From IMG/VR virus record IMGVR_UViG_3300036985_007154: DNA of 64,000 nt; one strand, written 5' to 3'. Every line of letters begins with the position of its first letter. Within the stretch, counting starts at the first letter, position 1. The notes under the pieces were generated by a model. That model saw nothing but the letters and a program-made list of their open reading frames with translations, was not told where the DNA came from and did no database searches. The position numbers and the translations under genes were made by a program. Origin of the DNA: an uncultured virus (IMG/VR IMGVR_UViG_3300036985_007154) (Duplodnaviria; Heunggongvirae; Uroviricota; Caudoviricetes). Positions 10,679 to 21,043 of this stretch are shown here, one piece after another.

Positions 10679-11056
10679 ATGGAATTTTATATTAAAAAGA
10701 ACGCAACTCTCCCTGTGTTAAAAATGCAGGTGGTAAAAGACGGTAGAGCAGGTTACCAACAACTCATGGAAGATCTTGAGGTCTCGACTATATTTTTTAC
10801 CATGATTGATGTGGAAACAGGTATTCCAAAGATTGTTTCTGCTCCTTGTAGTATAGTTTCTTTAATATTACCTGAAGGTGCACCAACTGAGTACTACATT
10901 TATTTCAAGTTCAGTTCAAGAGACACAAATACTCCTGGTCGATATCAAGGACAATTTTTAATTAGAAATGACGAGGGTAATTTAATACTACCGATTCGAG
11001 AAGAACTTTATATCAATATCCAAGATAGTTTCATTTCCGAAACTGCTTGTTGTTAA
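10679..11056 (+). CDS. Small beta-rich putative structural protein (BppU N-terminal-like)
   Basis: 'FYIKKNATLP.L', 'Y.F...DT..PGRYQGQF.I', 'ILP' pattern; TATTTAT at 10668-10674. Confidence 0.5.
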   Translation: MEFYIKKNATLPVLKMQVVKDGRAGYQQLMEDLEVSTIFFTMIDVETGIPKIVSAPCSIVSLILPEGAPTEYYIYFKFSSRDTNTPGRYQGQFLIRNDEGNLILPIREELYINIQDSFISETACC

Positions 11057-11088
11057 TTTGACAAGACACAAATTTCTTTTATATTTAT
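11057..11088 (+). promoter_or_regulatory. Bacteroidota-like promoter upstream of the DNA polymerase
   Basis: TTTG(11057-11060)-N19-TATATTTA(11080-11087), one mismatch from TTTG-N19-21-TAnnTTTG. Confidence 0.5.
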
Positions 11089-11151
11089 ACATGATGAGTA
11101 AGGTAAACTTCACGTTAGTGTGAAAGCCAATAAACCACTCGTATATATACA

Positions 11152-13941
11152 ATGCTTACAGAACAAGAAATTGAATCGTTCCTGCACGGAAACGATCCCG
11201 AAGAATTTATAGTCGCCATCGAGTTCGACTACGCTTCCAACTCCATCTACAAAATCAAAGAAATACCTGGCAAAGGTAAAGAAATTCGTAAGGATACCTT
11301 TACCCCATTTGCATGGGTTGGTGATTTACGCGATATTAACTTTTATGGTGGTTCAAAGGCTGCTCAGAAGGAAGCTATGACCAAACATGGTATCACAATT
11401 GAAAAACTTGACACTCACGGTAATAAAAGATTAGAGAAGGGTATGACTTTTATGGTCAAATCTCTGAAAGGTTATCGTGAACTTGTTCAATTTTTTAGAG
11501 AAGGTGGATGTGACCCTTGGGGCGAAAGAACAAAAGATAAAATAATCATTTTGTCTCCTGTTGAACAATATCTTGTGTCAAAAGAAAAAAGATTGTTCAA
11601 AGGATTTGAGGATTATAACCAAGTAACCCGATTGGTATTTGACTTAGAAACGACCGCATTGGAACCCAAAGACGGTCGTATATTCATGATTGGAATTAAA
11701 ACAAACAAAGGATACCATAAAGTTATCGAATGTATTGATGAATCTCAAGAACGAGGTGCCATCATAGAGTTTTTCAGTATTATTAATGAGTTGAAACCAA
11801 GTATTATTGGTGGATACAATTCTGCAAACTTCGACTGGCATTGGATATTCGAACGATGTAAAATCTTGGGTATTGACCCTAAAAAGATTTGTCGTTCCCT
11901 ACACCCCGACCATTCATTCACAAGAAAAGAAGGTATGTTGAAACTTGCCAACGAAGTTGAGTTATATACTCAAACTTCCATTTGGGGATATAATGTTATT
12001 GATATTATTCATGCGGTTCGTAGAGCACAAGCAATCAATTCAAGTATCAAATCTGCGGGATTGAAATACATTACCCAATATATTAATGCGGAAGCTGAAG
12101 ACCGAGTGTATATTGACCACTTGGACATCGCACCATTCTATACTAAGAAAGAAGAGTTCTGGTTGAATACACAGAATGGAAACTACCGTAAGGTCGGACA
12201 AGACCCCAAAATAGATAACATCTGTGAAAGTAGGGAGGATGTCTATCTTAAAGTAACAGGAGACAACTTGGTAGAACGATATCTTGATGATGACTTGGAC
12301 GAAACCTTGAAAGTTGACCAAGAATTCAATCAAGGTTCATTCTTACTTGCGGCGATGATTCCAACTACCTATGAGAGAGTATCCACTATGGGTACGGCAA
12401 CTTTGTGGAAGATGTTGATGATGGCATGGTCATATAAACACAACATTGCAATTCCTGCCAAGGAATCCAAGACTGACTTCGTTGGAGGTCTCTCAAGACT
12501 ACTTAAGGTGGGATATAGTAAGGACGTACTCAAGCTTGACTTCTCGTCTCTATACCCCTCCATTCAGTTGGTACACGACGTATTTCCTGACTGTGACGTA
12601 ACGGGTGCGATGAAGGGTATGTTAAAGTGGTTCCGAGATACTCGTATCAGATATAAAAACTTGGCGGAACAATTCTATGAAACAGATAGAAAAAAATCTG
12701 AGTCTTACGGTAACAAACAATTACCTATAAAAATTTTCATAAATAGTATGTTTGGGGCGTTATCCGCCCCTCAGGTTTATGCTTGGGGTGACATGTATAT
12801 GGGTGAACAAATTACTTGTACTGGAAGACAATATCTTCGTCAGATGATTAAGTTTTTTATGACGAAAGGATATGTTCCGTTGGTAATGGATACTGACGGT
12901 GTGAACTTTTCTACACCTGAAGATGCTAAGAATAGAGTTTATGTTGGACGTGGTTTGAACTGGAAAGTTAAATTGGGTAAAGAATATTTCGGGCCTGAGG
13001 CGGATGTTGCGGAGTATAACGATATATTCATGAGAGGTGAAATGGCTTTGGATACCGATGGTGTTTGGCCATCATGTATCAACTTGGCTCGTAAGAACTA
13101 TGCGGTTATGGATGCGAAGGGTAAAATCAAACTTACAGGTAACAGTATCAAGTCAAAAAAACTTCCAATATATATTGAAGAGTTTTTGGATAAAGGTATT
13201 AAGTTGTTATTACAAGGGAATGGTAAAGGGTTTGTTGAATACTACTATGAGTATATTCAAATTATCTATGACAAGAAAATTCCTCTCTCTAAAATTGCTC
13301 AACGTGCTAGAGTGAAGTTGAGTATTGATGAATACAACAAAAGATTAACAACCAAAACTAAGTCAGGTAATAGTATGTCTCGAATGGCTCATATGGAACT
13401 TGCAATACAAAATGGTTTGAATGTAAACTTGGGAGATGTTATTATGTATGTTAACAATGGAACTAAAGCTTCACAAGGAGATGTACAGAAAATGACGGTG
13501 AAACAAATCAAAGATACAAATGCTTTGAATGTATTAAATGACCCTAAATCAAAACTTATTACTGATGGGGTAATTGTTAATTGTTATATGTTGGATAAAG
13601 ATATTTTGAGTAATGACCCCACCCTAACTGGTGATTATAACGTACCGAGAGCGATGGTAACATTTAATAAAAGAATCGAACCTTTAATGGTTGTGTTCCA
13701 AGATGAAGTAAGAAACGGATTGATTGTTAGTGACCCTGAAAAACGAGGTATTTTTACAACGTCTCAATGTGAATTGATTAATGGACACCCATTGTCTGAC
13801 GGTGACCAAGACAGGTTACAAGAAGACGTGTTGGATATTACTGAGTTGGAACTCAAGTATTGGGAAAAGAGAGGATTAAGTCCTAATTATATGTATGACT
13901 TAGCCGAAGAAGGGTGGGAGGAAAAACTTATGACTGCTTAA
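11152..13941 (+). CDS. Family B DNA polymerase with 3'-5' exonuclease
   Basis: Exo motifs 'FDLETT' and 'GYNSANFDW'; polymerase motifs 'LDFSSLYPSI', 'KIFINSMFG', 'MDTDG'. Confidence 0.97.
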   Translation: MLTEQEIESFLHGNDPEEFIVAIEFDYASNSIYKIKEIPGKGKEIRKDTFTPFAWVGDLRDINFYGGSKAAQKEAMTKHGITIEKLDTHGNKRLEKGMTFMVKSLKGYRELVQFFREGGCDPWGERTKDKIIILSPVEQYLVSKEKRLFKGFEDYNQVTRLVFDLETTALEPKDGRIFMIGIKTNKGYHKVIECIDESQERGAIIEFFSIINELKPSIIGGYNSANFDWHWIFERCKILGIDPKKICRSLHPDHSFTRKEGMLKLANEVELYTQTSIWGYNVIDIIHAVRRAQAINSSIKSAGLKYITQYINAEAEDRVYIDHLDIAPFYTKKEEFWLNTQNGNYRKVGQDPKIDNICESREDVYLKVTGDNLVERYLDDDLDETLKVDQEFNQGSFLLAAMIPTTYERVSTMGTATLWKMLMMAWSYKHNIAIPAKESKTDFVGGLSRLLKVGYSKDVLKLDFSSLYPSIQLVHDVFPDCDVTGAMKGMLKWFRDTRIRYKNLAEQFYETDRKKSESYGNKQLPIKIFINSMFGALSAPQVYAWGDMYMGEQITCTGRQYLRQMIKFFMTKGYVPLVMDTDGVNFSTPEDAKNRVYVGRGLNWKVKLGKEYFGPEADVAEYNDIFMRGEMALDTDGVWPSCINLARKNYAVMDAKGKIKLTGNSIKSKKLPIYIEEFLDKGIKLLLQGNGKGFVEYYYEYIQIIYDKKIPLSKIAQRARVKLSIDEYNKRLTTKTKSGNSMSRMAHMELAIQNGLNVNLGDVIMYVNNGTKASQGDVQKMTVKQIKDTNALNVLNDPKSKLITDGVIVNCYMLDKDILSNDPTLTGDYNVPRAMVTFNKRIEPLMVVFQDEVRNGLIVSDPEKRGIFTTSQCELINGHPLSDGDQDRLQEDVLDITELELKYWEKRGLSPNYMYDLAEEGWEEKLMTA

Positions 13942-14263
13942 GTCCGTCGCTCGATAGGATATACCAGTTACCACCAACAAATCTAAATTCAATACAGGCA
14001 AATTTATCAACAACAACCTCATCGTATTCCTCATCGATTAGTCCCACATCAGGAAGTATGATGAGGTTGGTCATTGATTTAATGACAACGTGGTCTGTAT
14101 TAGATGAATCTAAAATGATTACCGATTGTGCAACACCTCTAACAATAATACAATTTTCACCATTGGTTTTGTAGGTAGATTCTGACACTACAGAAATTTC
14201 TGAAGCATTAATAACTTCTCCTTTAATTATTCTTCTGGATGATATAGATTTAATAATTGCCAT
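13928..14263 (-). CDS. Hypothetical beta-rich protein
   Basis: 111-aa ORF starting 1 nt after the neck gene stop; converges on and overlaps the polymerase end. Confidence 0.7.
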   Translation of the reverse strand: MAIIKSISSRRIIKGEVINASEISVVSESTYKTNGENCIIVRGVAQSVIILDSSNTDHVVIKSMTNLIILPDVGLIDEEYDEVVVDKFACIEFRFVGGNWYILSSDGLKQS

Positions 14264-14264
14264 A

Positions 14265-15386
14265 TTATATTACGTAAATTTGTCGAGGCATTGCTCTAAA
14301 TTTCATTTGTTTATTTAGATTTTCAGCGATAAGGGCTTCTCTCTCCATGACTTTATCAGGTCTCATTCTTGTTAACCAACCGTCTGCCCCAACTAACTCT
14401 TCAATCAATTTAGTTTTTTCGTCCTTAGCTTCTGTTAACAAACTTTGATAGTCCATAGTTATCTCACTATCTGGAGTCTTAAGGTTTCCACTATATTTCC
14501 CTCTTACCCTTGCTAATGTTTCTTTACAATATGAGGTGAACCATCTTCTAACCCACTGTTGTCCCGGTACGTTTATGTCCGTCCAAGTTAATTCTTCGAT
14601 AGGTACATCGGTAGGAAGTTTAATAATATCTGGATTATTTTTCAAACAATCTGCTCTACTATCTGGTTCAACATCATAGTACCAATACCAAACTGCTTTA
14701 CCAACATATTGTCCGTAAGTTGCCCAGTTGAATCTACCACCAGGTACATTATACAAATGAATCATTTTTTTACCATCAGGTAAACCTGTAATTCTATAAG
14801 TTAAAGAACCTCCTAAAATCCTATTAAGGATATTAGCTTCTTGGGCTCTAATCAGGTAATCGAATCCTGACATCATAAAATAAGATCCTTGGTTTCCCAT
14901 TTGAGCAAATCCTGCTTCACTTGCCCCAAGACCAACACCACCAAACGGTCCTGCAAAACCACCCAATCCTAAATTGTATGGTCGGTCACTAAACCACAAC
15001 AGTTCATTTACTTCTCGTCCTGCAGGGATTTCATAAGTTTGAGTATTTGCACTTAGAATAAAATAATCTTTTTTCAGAACCCAAGGACCTTCAGTCTGAA
15101 GACCAACAATTTTGGAATATGAGTAACTAAATTGTTGTTCAAAATCCATAGTTCGAGTTACCAAAGCTCTGGCAACCGACCTTTCGTTCATATTTAAATT
15201 AACAAGATTGACCCACTGTGAATCAATTAACCATTGTAAGATATATTCTTCATAATCCCCAATAGATAATTCCATTAGTGAATCCAACATCTCATCTTCA
15301 AGTTCTACACTTCTTAGAGGTGCACCCAATAAGTGTTTAATCCTAGTGTATATTTTACTTCGTTCTGGTTCTGGTATTGCTGACAT
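14265..15386 (-). CDS. Neck / head-tail adaptor protein (T4 gp13-like)
   Basis: 'LLGAPLRSVEL', 'WVRRW...KETLARVRGKY', 'ITMDYQSLL.EA..E...L.EEL' resemble gp13-type neck proteins; TATTTAT upstream on the minus strand. Confidence 0.7.
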   Translation of the reverse strand: MSAIPEPERSKIYTRIKHLLGAPLRSVELEDEMLDSLMELSIGDYEEYILQWLIDSQWVNLVNLNMNERSVARALVTRTMDFEQQFSYSYSKIVGLQTEGPWVLKKDYFILSANTQTYEIPAGREVNELLWFSDRPYNLGLGGFAGPFGGVGLGASEAGFAQMGNQGSYFMMSGFDYLIRAQEANILNRILGGSLTYRITGLPDGKKMIHLYNVPGGRFNWATYGQYVGKAVWYWYYDVEPDSRADCLKNNPDIIKLPTDVPIEELTWTDINVPGQQWVRRWFTSYCKETLARVRGKYSGNLKTPDSEITMDYQSLLTEAKDEKTKLIEELVGADGWLTRMRPDKVMEREALIAENLNKQMKFRAMPRQIYVI

Positions 15387-15410
15387 ATAATATAAATATT
15401 CACAAAATGT

Positions 15411-16949
15411 TTATTCGATGTCTAACTTCAAAGCATCGATTGGGAACACATAGTTTCCATCTACAATTTTTGGTTTTTTATTGAAAATCAAAACATTTTT
15501 ACCTTTTTGAAAAATCAATAAGTCAGTTGAATAGTTTTTAACATGTGCTGTTCCGAGAAGTGTTATCGTTCCATTTTCTTCATCAACTATTTTTTCTCTG
15601 AAGGGCTTTACTTGAGCGGTCTCAGTTTGGTCATCACTTGTAAGTCTAAGGTCAATACCACGTAAAGCATCATCTTTACTACCTAATTCCCCAACCACTT
15701 CTACTTTCACTTTTTTTCCAAAAAACCTCCTCAATATTGCAGCGACAATTTCCTCTCTTTTATTACCCGAAGAATTTCTGTCTTGTAAAGTTTTTATAAT
15801 GTTTATAAAACTTGAACTTTCTAAGTTGAATATTCTAAATTTATAATAATCTAATGCTGCAATAAATCTTTCAACTTCACTTAATTGTTCTTCGGGAGTT
15901 TTTCCTACGAACGATATTGGTTTTTTACCTTTGATTGTTTTGATTACTTGATTTACATCATTAAGTAAAATACAAAATGTGGTGTAATTTGTATTCAGTT
16001 TATTGATTACTGATCTTCCTTCAGACTCTAACCCAAAAATTCCTGATAATTCACCTTCGGGTGGATTGGTAACATACAAATCACTAAATACTGTCATCAA
16101 TATTCTATTGATGGCAGCACTATATTTGTATTTAATGGACTGGTTAGTGTTGAACAAGGTTCTGTAAAACTCGTTATCCGTTGTACCACACGACTCTGAC
16201 TTTGCTTCCGATAAAAGTTTTTTGAATTGTATGGATTCCAAAAGTTTTGTCTCGGTTTTCATTTCATAAAGTTTAGAAACAAAGTCCCAATTCACAACTT
16301 TCCAAAAGTTTGAGATGTATTCATCTCTTTTGTTTCGATATTTTAGGTAGTAAGCGTGTTCCCATATATCTAATCCCAATATTGGAAATCCTCCACCATC
16401 GATAATATTCATAAGAGGATTGTCTTGGTTTGCGGTGGACATAATTTTTAGGGTGTTTCTTCCTGTTAGAACTAACCACACCCAACCGGAACCAAATCTT
16501 TCTTTTGCGACTTCTTCAAATTTTTTCTTGAATGAAACAAAACTTCCGAATTCTTTTACAATTTTTTTGTATAAATCACCTTTGAGTTTTTTTGGTTCGG
16601 GTGACAACATATTCCAAAACAATGCGTGGTTAAACGCTCCACCCGCATTGTTTCTGATTGTTTTGTCGAATCGACTTATGGTTTTGATTATTTGTTCTAA
16701 CTCTAAATCTCCATACTTTTTCTTGGAGAGAGCATCGTTTAACTTATCGACATATCCTTTATAATGTTTATTATAATGGAAGTCCATTGTTTCGGGGTCG
16801 ATAAATTGTTTGAGGGCCGAGTACGAATAGGGTAATTTCTCTATCCCAATTTTTTTCATTTCTGTAATTAACAACTCTTTTTCTCTAGTTACTTTTTGTT
16901 CTACAATTTGTAATTCAAGTTGTTGAATCTTCTCTTGTATTTTACTCAT
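15411..16949 (-). CDS. Fe/Mn superoxide dismutase (Mn-type signature) fused to a C-terminal PD-(D/E)xK-like domain
   Basis: 'LPYSYSAL', 'FHYNKH', 'NAGGAFNH', 'FGSGWVWL', 'NQDNP', 'DIWEHAYY' (aa 31-230, all four metal ligands present); C-terminal 'GNKREE...GIDL...AQVK'. Confidence 0.9.
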   Translation of the reverse strand: MSKIQEKIQQLELQIVEQKVTREKELLITEMKKIGIEKLPYSYSALKQFIDPETMDFHYNKHYKGYVDKLNDALSKKKYGDLELEQIIKTISRFDKTIRNNAGGAFNHALFWNMLSPEPKKLKGDLYKKIVKEFGSFVSFKKKFEEVAKERFGSGWVWLVLTGRNTLKIMSTANQDNPLMNIIDGGGFPILGLDIWEHAYYLKYRNKRDEYISNFWKVVNWDFVSKLYEMKTETKLLESIQFKKLLSEAKSESCGTTDNEFYRTLFNTNQSIKYKYSAAINRILMTVFSDLYVTNPPEGELSGIFGLESEGRSVINKLNTNYTTFCILLNDVNQVIKTIKGKKPISFVGKTPEEQLSEVERFIAALDYYKFRIFNLESSSFINIIKTLQDRNSSGNKREEIVAAILRRFFGKKVKVEVVGELGSKDDALRGIDLRLTSDDQTETAQVKPFREKIVDEENGTITLLGTAHVKNYSTDLLIFQKGKNVLIFNKKPKIVDGNYVFPIDALKLDIE

Positions 16950-17011
16950 ATTTGGCTTTTGTATTTTGGTGTGTTTAATACCAAAGATTTTTTTAATTTT
17001 TATTTAAGTTC

Positions 17012-18610
17012 CTACTTACGTACCAGATTTACTTGGTTAGTTGATAAAGATTTTCCAGCAGGTGCTTGATTTTGAGAGATTTGTGCTGAAGTTGGATTAT
17101 CTCCCACAATTGCACCTATACCCTGTTTAAATTGCTGTGCTTTTTGATTTGAATAGTCGGGTTCGCCTCTCAAAGTGTTTGCAGTATTTTCAACGGCACT
17201 AACCAATTTACCATTTTGATATTTAAACATTTTCTTACCTCCTAAGTAAGCTAAATAAGCGTCACTATATGCGGTTCCAAAATTTTGGTCAACCCATTGT
17301 AAACCCATTTGTGTGGGTTGTTCTTTGAACCTTGAATTCATCTCTTTTTCAATCGCCTTCATAGTACCTTGTTCTAAAGTCTGTCCAGCAATTAGACCTA
17401 CTTCCTGAGAGGATAAGTTAGCAAGTTTACCCCAAACCGCAGGACTCATTCTAGCCGCTAAAGCCCCTGTAGTTCTTAATGTGGCGGATGGAATTAAGGA
17501 AGCAACAGCTTTACCTGCAATAAACCCTGCTTGACCTAACGGTGTTTTAACCCCTTCTACAGGTTTCAATTTTAATTTTTTAATTAAGTTTTCAACTATT
17601 TCACTTATGTATTTTGTGGCAGGTGCGACTTGTTTAAACAACCAAGGCATACCCAAATTATTCTTAACAAATAGACCAGCCCAAGTGAACCAACGAGCAA
17701 CTGTGGATCCGGATTTTTGTAAAACGTATATTACAGGAATTATATAAGGCCCCATACCCTTTAACATTAAATTTTCAAGGGCAACTATAAGAGTCTTACC
17801 CGCAGTCCCAACAAATTTAGATAACACACCTCCTAAACTTCCAGCGGTAAGTGCGCAAATTATATCGATAATAAAATTAGCCCAAGCTCCTTCAGTACCC
17901 TGAGTAATTAGATACAAATCATATAATCCCAAAATACACCATATACCTGTAACAATCGCCGGACCAATTCCTGCAGTTGCAGGACCTGTAAGTGATACAA
18001 GAATTTGTATTGCAGTTCCCGTAGCGGTAAATAAAGCAGTTCGGAGTTGTTCCATAAAATATCCAACACTTTTTTCTTTGATATAACTGACTGCGTTGTT
18101 TAACCATTTCGCTTGTTCTTTCTGTTGGTCATCAAGGAACTTATTTGTTTGTTTGGCTTGATTAGAAGTTTGAAGTGCTCGTCTGGCCATCACATTATCG
18201 GACTGCTCATTCAATCTATATAATTCAAGTGAGATTGATTGATTTAGAAATTTGTGAAATCTATCTAGTTCAGAAATTAAATCTGAGGATACTTCTGTTA
18301 TTAGATTGTTGTAAACAGAATAATAATTTTCAAGTACAATTTTGTTCTGCCCAAACAAATTATTCACACTATCCTCTTTAATATTGTTTAGTATAACAAT
18401 ACTTTCATTGACTGGTAAATTTGTAAAAAGGGCTGAAAGATATCTTTTTTGTGATTCTAAAGATTTACCGAAATCAGAAATTAATTCTTGAATATCCGTT
18501 TTATATTTAACATCAAAAATATTTCCCAAGTCCATTTTTTTATGTAGACCTAAGATATACCTCTTTTCAGATTCATTTATATTTTGAAAACTCTTGTTAC
18601 CGTATCCCAT
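17012..18610 (-). CDS. Hypothetical protein with a Gly/Ala-rich hydrophobic helical region
   Basis: 532-aa ORF with several hydrophobic segments in its middle part. Confidence 0.75.
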   Translation of the reverse strand: MGYGNKSFQNINESEKRYILGLHKKMDLGNIFDVKYKTDIQELISDFGKSLESQKRYLSALFTNLPVNESIVILNNIKEDSVNNLFGQNKIVLENYYSVYNNLITEVSSDLISELDRFHKFLNQSISLELYRLNEQSDNVMARRALQTSNQAKQTNKFLDDQQKEQAKWLNNAVSYIKEKSVGYFMEQLRTALFTATGTAIQILVSLTGPATAGIGPAIVTGIWCILGLYDLYLITQGTEGAWANFIIDIICALTAGSLGGVLSKFVGTAGKTLIVALENLMLKGMGPYIIPVIYVLQKSGSTVARWFTWAGLFVKNNLGMPWLFKQVAPATKYISEIVENLIKKLKLKPVEGVKTPLGQAGFIAGKAVASLIPSATLRTTGALAARMSPAVWGKLANLSSQEVGLIAGQTLEQGTMKAIEKEMNSRFKEQPTQMGLQWVDQNFGTAYSDAYLAYLGGKKMFKYQNGKLVSAVENTANTLRGEPDYSNQKAQQFKQGIGAIVGDNPTSAQISQNQAPAGKSLSTNQVNLVRK

Positions 18611-18615
18611 TTTGA

Positions 18616-19146
18616 TTAATCTTTGTAAACACGTTTTACTTTATCATATACAGTGTTTCCAATTAGCATTATCACAATACCAATTGCAAAGGATATGGCG
18701 GTTTCTACTGGAGATGAAGTATCGATATTAGCATAATCGGCAATTTTTTCAATGAGAGAGGTTCCAAGACTACCGAAAAGCGCGGTATTAGCAAGTCCTA
18801 AAGTACTCAATCCCATTTTAACTCGGTCAACAAAATTAAGTTTTTCTTCACCTTCTTCTTCATCTTCCGAAAGTTCACTTTGTTCTTTTGATTGTTGAAC
18901 TGCGATGTTTCCCGTATTTAAGGCGTCTGATAAACTTGTATTTTTATCAATACCAAAATTCCCAAGATTTTTCTGTAAGGATATTAACTCTCGAGTTGAT
19001 AAGTTTGAAAGTACTTGGTCAGTCAAATCTTTTAATTTTGGTGAGTTTACAATATTGAAGGCCAACTCCTGTTGTTCTTGTTCTGAAATTATTTTTCTAA
19101 CAATTCTTGTTAAATCTGATTCATTAAGTCTTACAATCTTAGCCAT
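18616..19146 (-). CDS. Hypothetical protein with an N-terminal 'IVRLNESDL' motif and two hydrophobic helices
   Basis: 176-aa ORF; TATTTAT upstream (19161-19167, minus strand). Confidence 0.75.
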   Translation of the reverse strand: MAKIVRLNESDLTRIVRKIISEQEQQELAFNIVNSPKLKDLTDQVLSNLSTRELISLQKNLGNFGIDKNTSLSDALNTGNIAVQQSKEQSELSEDEEEGEEKLNFVDRVKMGLSTLGLANTALFGSLGTSLIEKIADYANIDTSSPVETAISFAIGIVIMLIGNTVYDKVKRVYKD

Positions 19147-19216
19147 GACAATTCTTTTTAATAAATATAATGTGGATGAATTAATTTTAATTTACTATAA
19201 ATAATACGATATCAGT

Positions 19217-20968
19217 TTATTTTCTGATTTCGTTTATTCTCTTCAAAATTTCTTCAGCCATATCAGAAGAATCAATGTTATCCCCCATTACGGTTGCAAT
19301 GACTTGTTTTTTGTTATTTAATATGTCATAGATGATTCCTTCGATTGTGTTTTCAAAAATTGGGTAATAAACTAATACGTTGTTTTTTTGACCGTATCTA
19401 TATGCTCTATCTTCCGCTTGAGCGTGGTCTGATGGTAAAAATGATAGGTCATTCATTATTACCGCTTCGGCTGCCGTTAAAGTTATTCCTACTCCCGCAG
19501 CCTTTATATTACCAACAAATACTTTTATCTTGTCACTTTCTTGAAAACTATCTACACTGTGTTGTCTCTGAGGTTTTGACATTGCCCCGTCAACTTTCAC
19601 CGCGGCTTTACCGAAGTGTTCACAAATCTTATTAAGGGAGTCCGTAAAGTTACAGAAAATAATTACTTTTTTTCCTTGTTCAATAATATTTTCAGCAAGT
19701 TCTATTGTTTGTGAAATTTTCTCATCCGCAATCACTTGACGTATCTTTGTTAACTTGGTAAATTGAACCGTGAGTGATTTTGATTCCTCAGGATTCTTAT
19801 CGTACCAATCATAATACTCACCCATAATTTCTTCATACATTTTAGATTTCAATCTAAGATATACTGGAGTGATTATTTTGTCAGGAAGGTCGAGAACATT
19901 TTCTTTAAGTCGTCTTAATGTGAGACCCGCGGTTCTGTCTCTTAATTCTTCAAGATTGGATGCTCCCGTAACATTCCATATTTTTCTACCACCCGCATTG
20001 AATTGATATCCTGAACAGTATCTGATGGCGTATGCCATCCAATTCTTACTAACTGGACTATCGACTAAATTTAACAAATTGAAATAATCAATAGGTCTTG
20101 ATGTCATCGGGGTACCCGTTAACAACCATAATCTATCAACATTTTTGGCAATATCATTTATTAGTTTTGTTCTTTGGGCCGTAGGATTTTTGATATAGTG
20201 AGCTTCGTCAACGACCACCAAATCAAAATTGGCAGCAATAACTTGCGATTCATTTTTTTTCTTAGTGTCATGAAAGTTTTTAATAATGTCGTAGTTTATA
20301 ATCACAAAATCGTGTTCAGTACTAAAAGTTTTTCCTTCTGATATGAATATCGACCTGTCTGAATAATTTTCAATTTCTCGTTTCCAGTTAATCTTCAACG
20401 TTGCAGGACAAATAATAAGAATCTTCTTTGCCCCTGTTTCTAAAGCTGCGATGATTGTTGAGGTGGTTTTTCCCAAACCCATATCATCTGCTAATATAAA
20501 TTTTTTATTTTCAACAAGTTTTTGAATTGATTCTTTTTGATGATTGAGTGGGGGTCTATGAGAATATTTTTCATAATCTATTACAACATCTTTAACTGAA
20601 TTGTCTTTTATAATCGCGGCTTTTGGTAACCATATATCGTGTAGTTCTTCATGTTCAAACACTTTTCCCCAAATATGAAATGCTTTTTCTGTATCACACA
20701 ATAATTTTTCCACCCATACCTTATCGGGTATTAGGGTATATAATTTATCATCGGCTAACTTTTTGGCAAAGTATGCGTCCAATATGACCCACTTCTTCGC
20801 AACCTTTGGTTGGTTGTTATGGTTATTAATTATATACTCAGATTGGCTCCTTGTTGGGTAGAATCTTTTATTTATTTGAGACTTTCGTTTGAGTTCAAGC
20901 AAATAGTTATTTCCACCTTCATAAGATTCCAATAGTGATAATGCTTTCGATTCTAGACTTACATCCAT
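19217..20968 (-). CDS. SNF2-family helicase/translocase
   Basis: 'ILADDMGLGKT', 'DEAH', 'LTGTP', 'QAEDRAYRYGQ'. Confidence 0.95.
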   Translation of the reverse strand: MDVSLESKALSLLESYEGGNNYLLELKRKSQINKRFYPTRSQSEYIINNHNNQPKVAKKWVILDAYFAKKLADDKLYTLIPDKVWVEKLLCDTEKAFHIWGKVFEHEELHDIWLPKAAIIKDNSVKDVVIDYEKYSHRPPLNHQKESIQKLVENKKFILADDMGLGKTTSTIIAALETGAKKILIICPATLKINWKREIENYSDRSIFISEGKTFSTEHDFVIINYDIIKNFHDTKKKNESQVIAANFDLVVVDEAHYIKNPTAQRTKLINDIAKNVDRLWLLTGTPMTSRPIDYFNLLNLVDSPVSKNWMAYAIRYCSGYQFNAGGRKIWNVTGASNLEELRDRTAGLTLRRLKENVLDLPDKIITPVYLRLKSKMYEEIMGEYYDWYDKNPEESKSLTVQFTKLTKIRQVIADEKISQTIELAENIIEQGKKVIIFCNFTDSLNKICEHFGKAAVKVDGAMSKPQRQHSVDSFQESDKIKVFVGNIKAAGVGITLTAAEAVIMNDLSFLPSDHAQAEDRAYRYGQKNNVLVYYPIFENTIEGIIYDILNNKKQVIATVMGDNIDSSDMAEEILKRINEIRK

Positions 20969-21043
20969 CTATAAGAAAAATATTTGATTAAAATATAGTT
21001 ATAAACTGAGTATTTATCAACATATAGGTAATCATATAATATA

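Noticed and set aside
11090..11142. Hammerhead ribozyme-like words (ATGATGA...GAAA) in the polymerase leader
   Set aside because: The core is not CTGATGA, and the required stems II and III cannot be formed.
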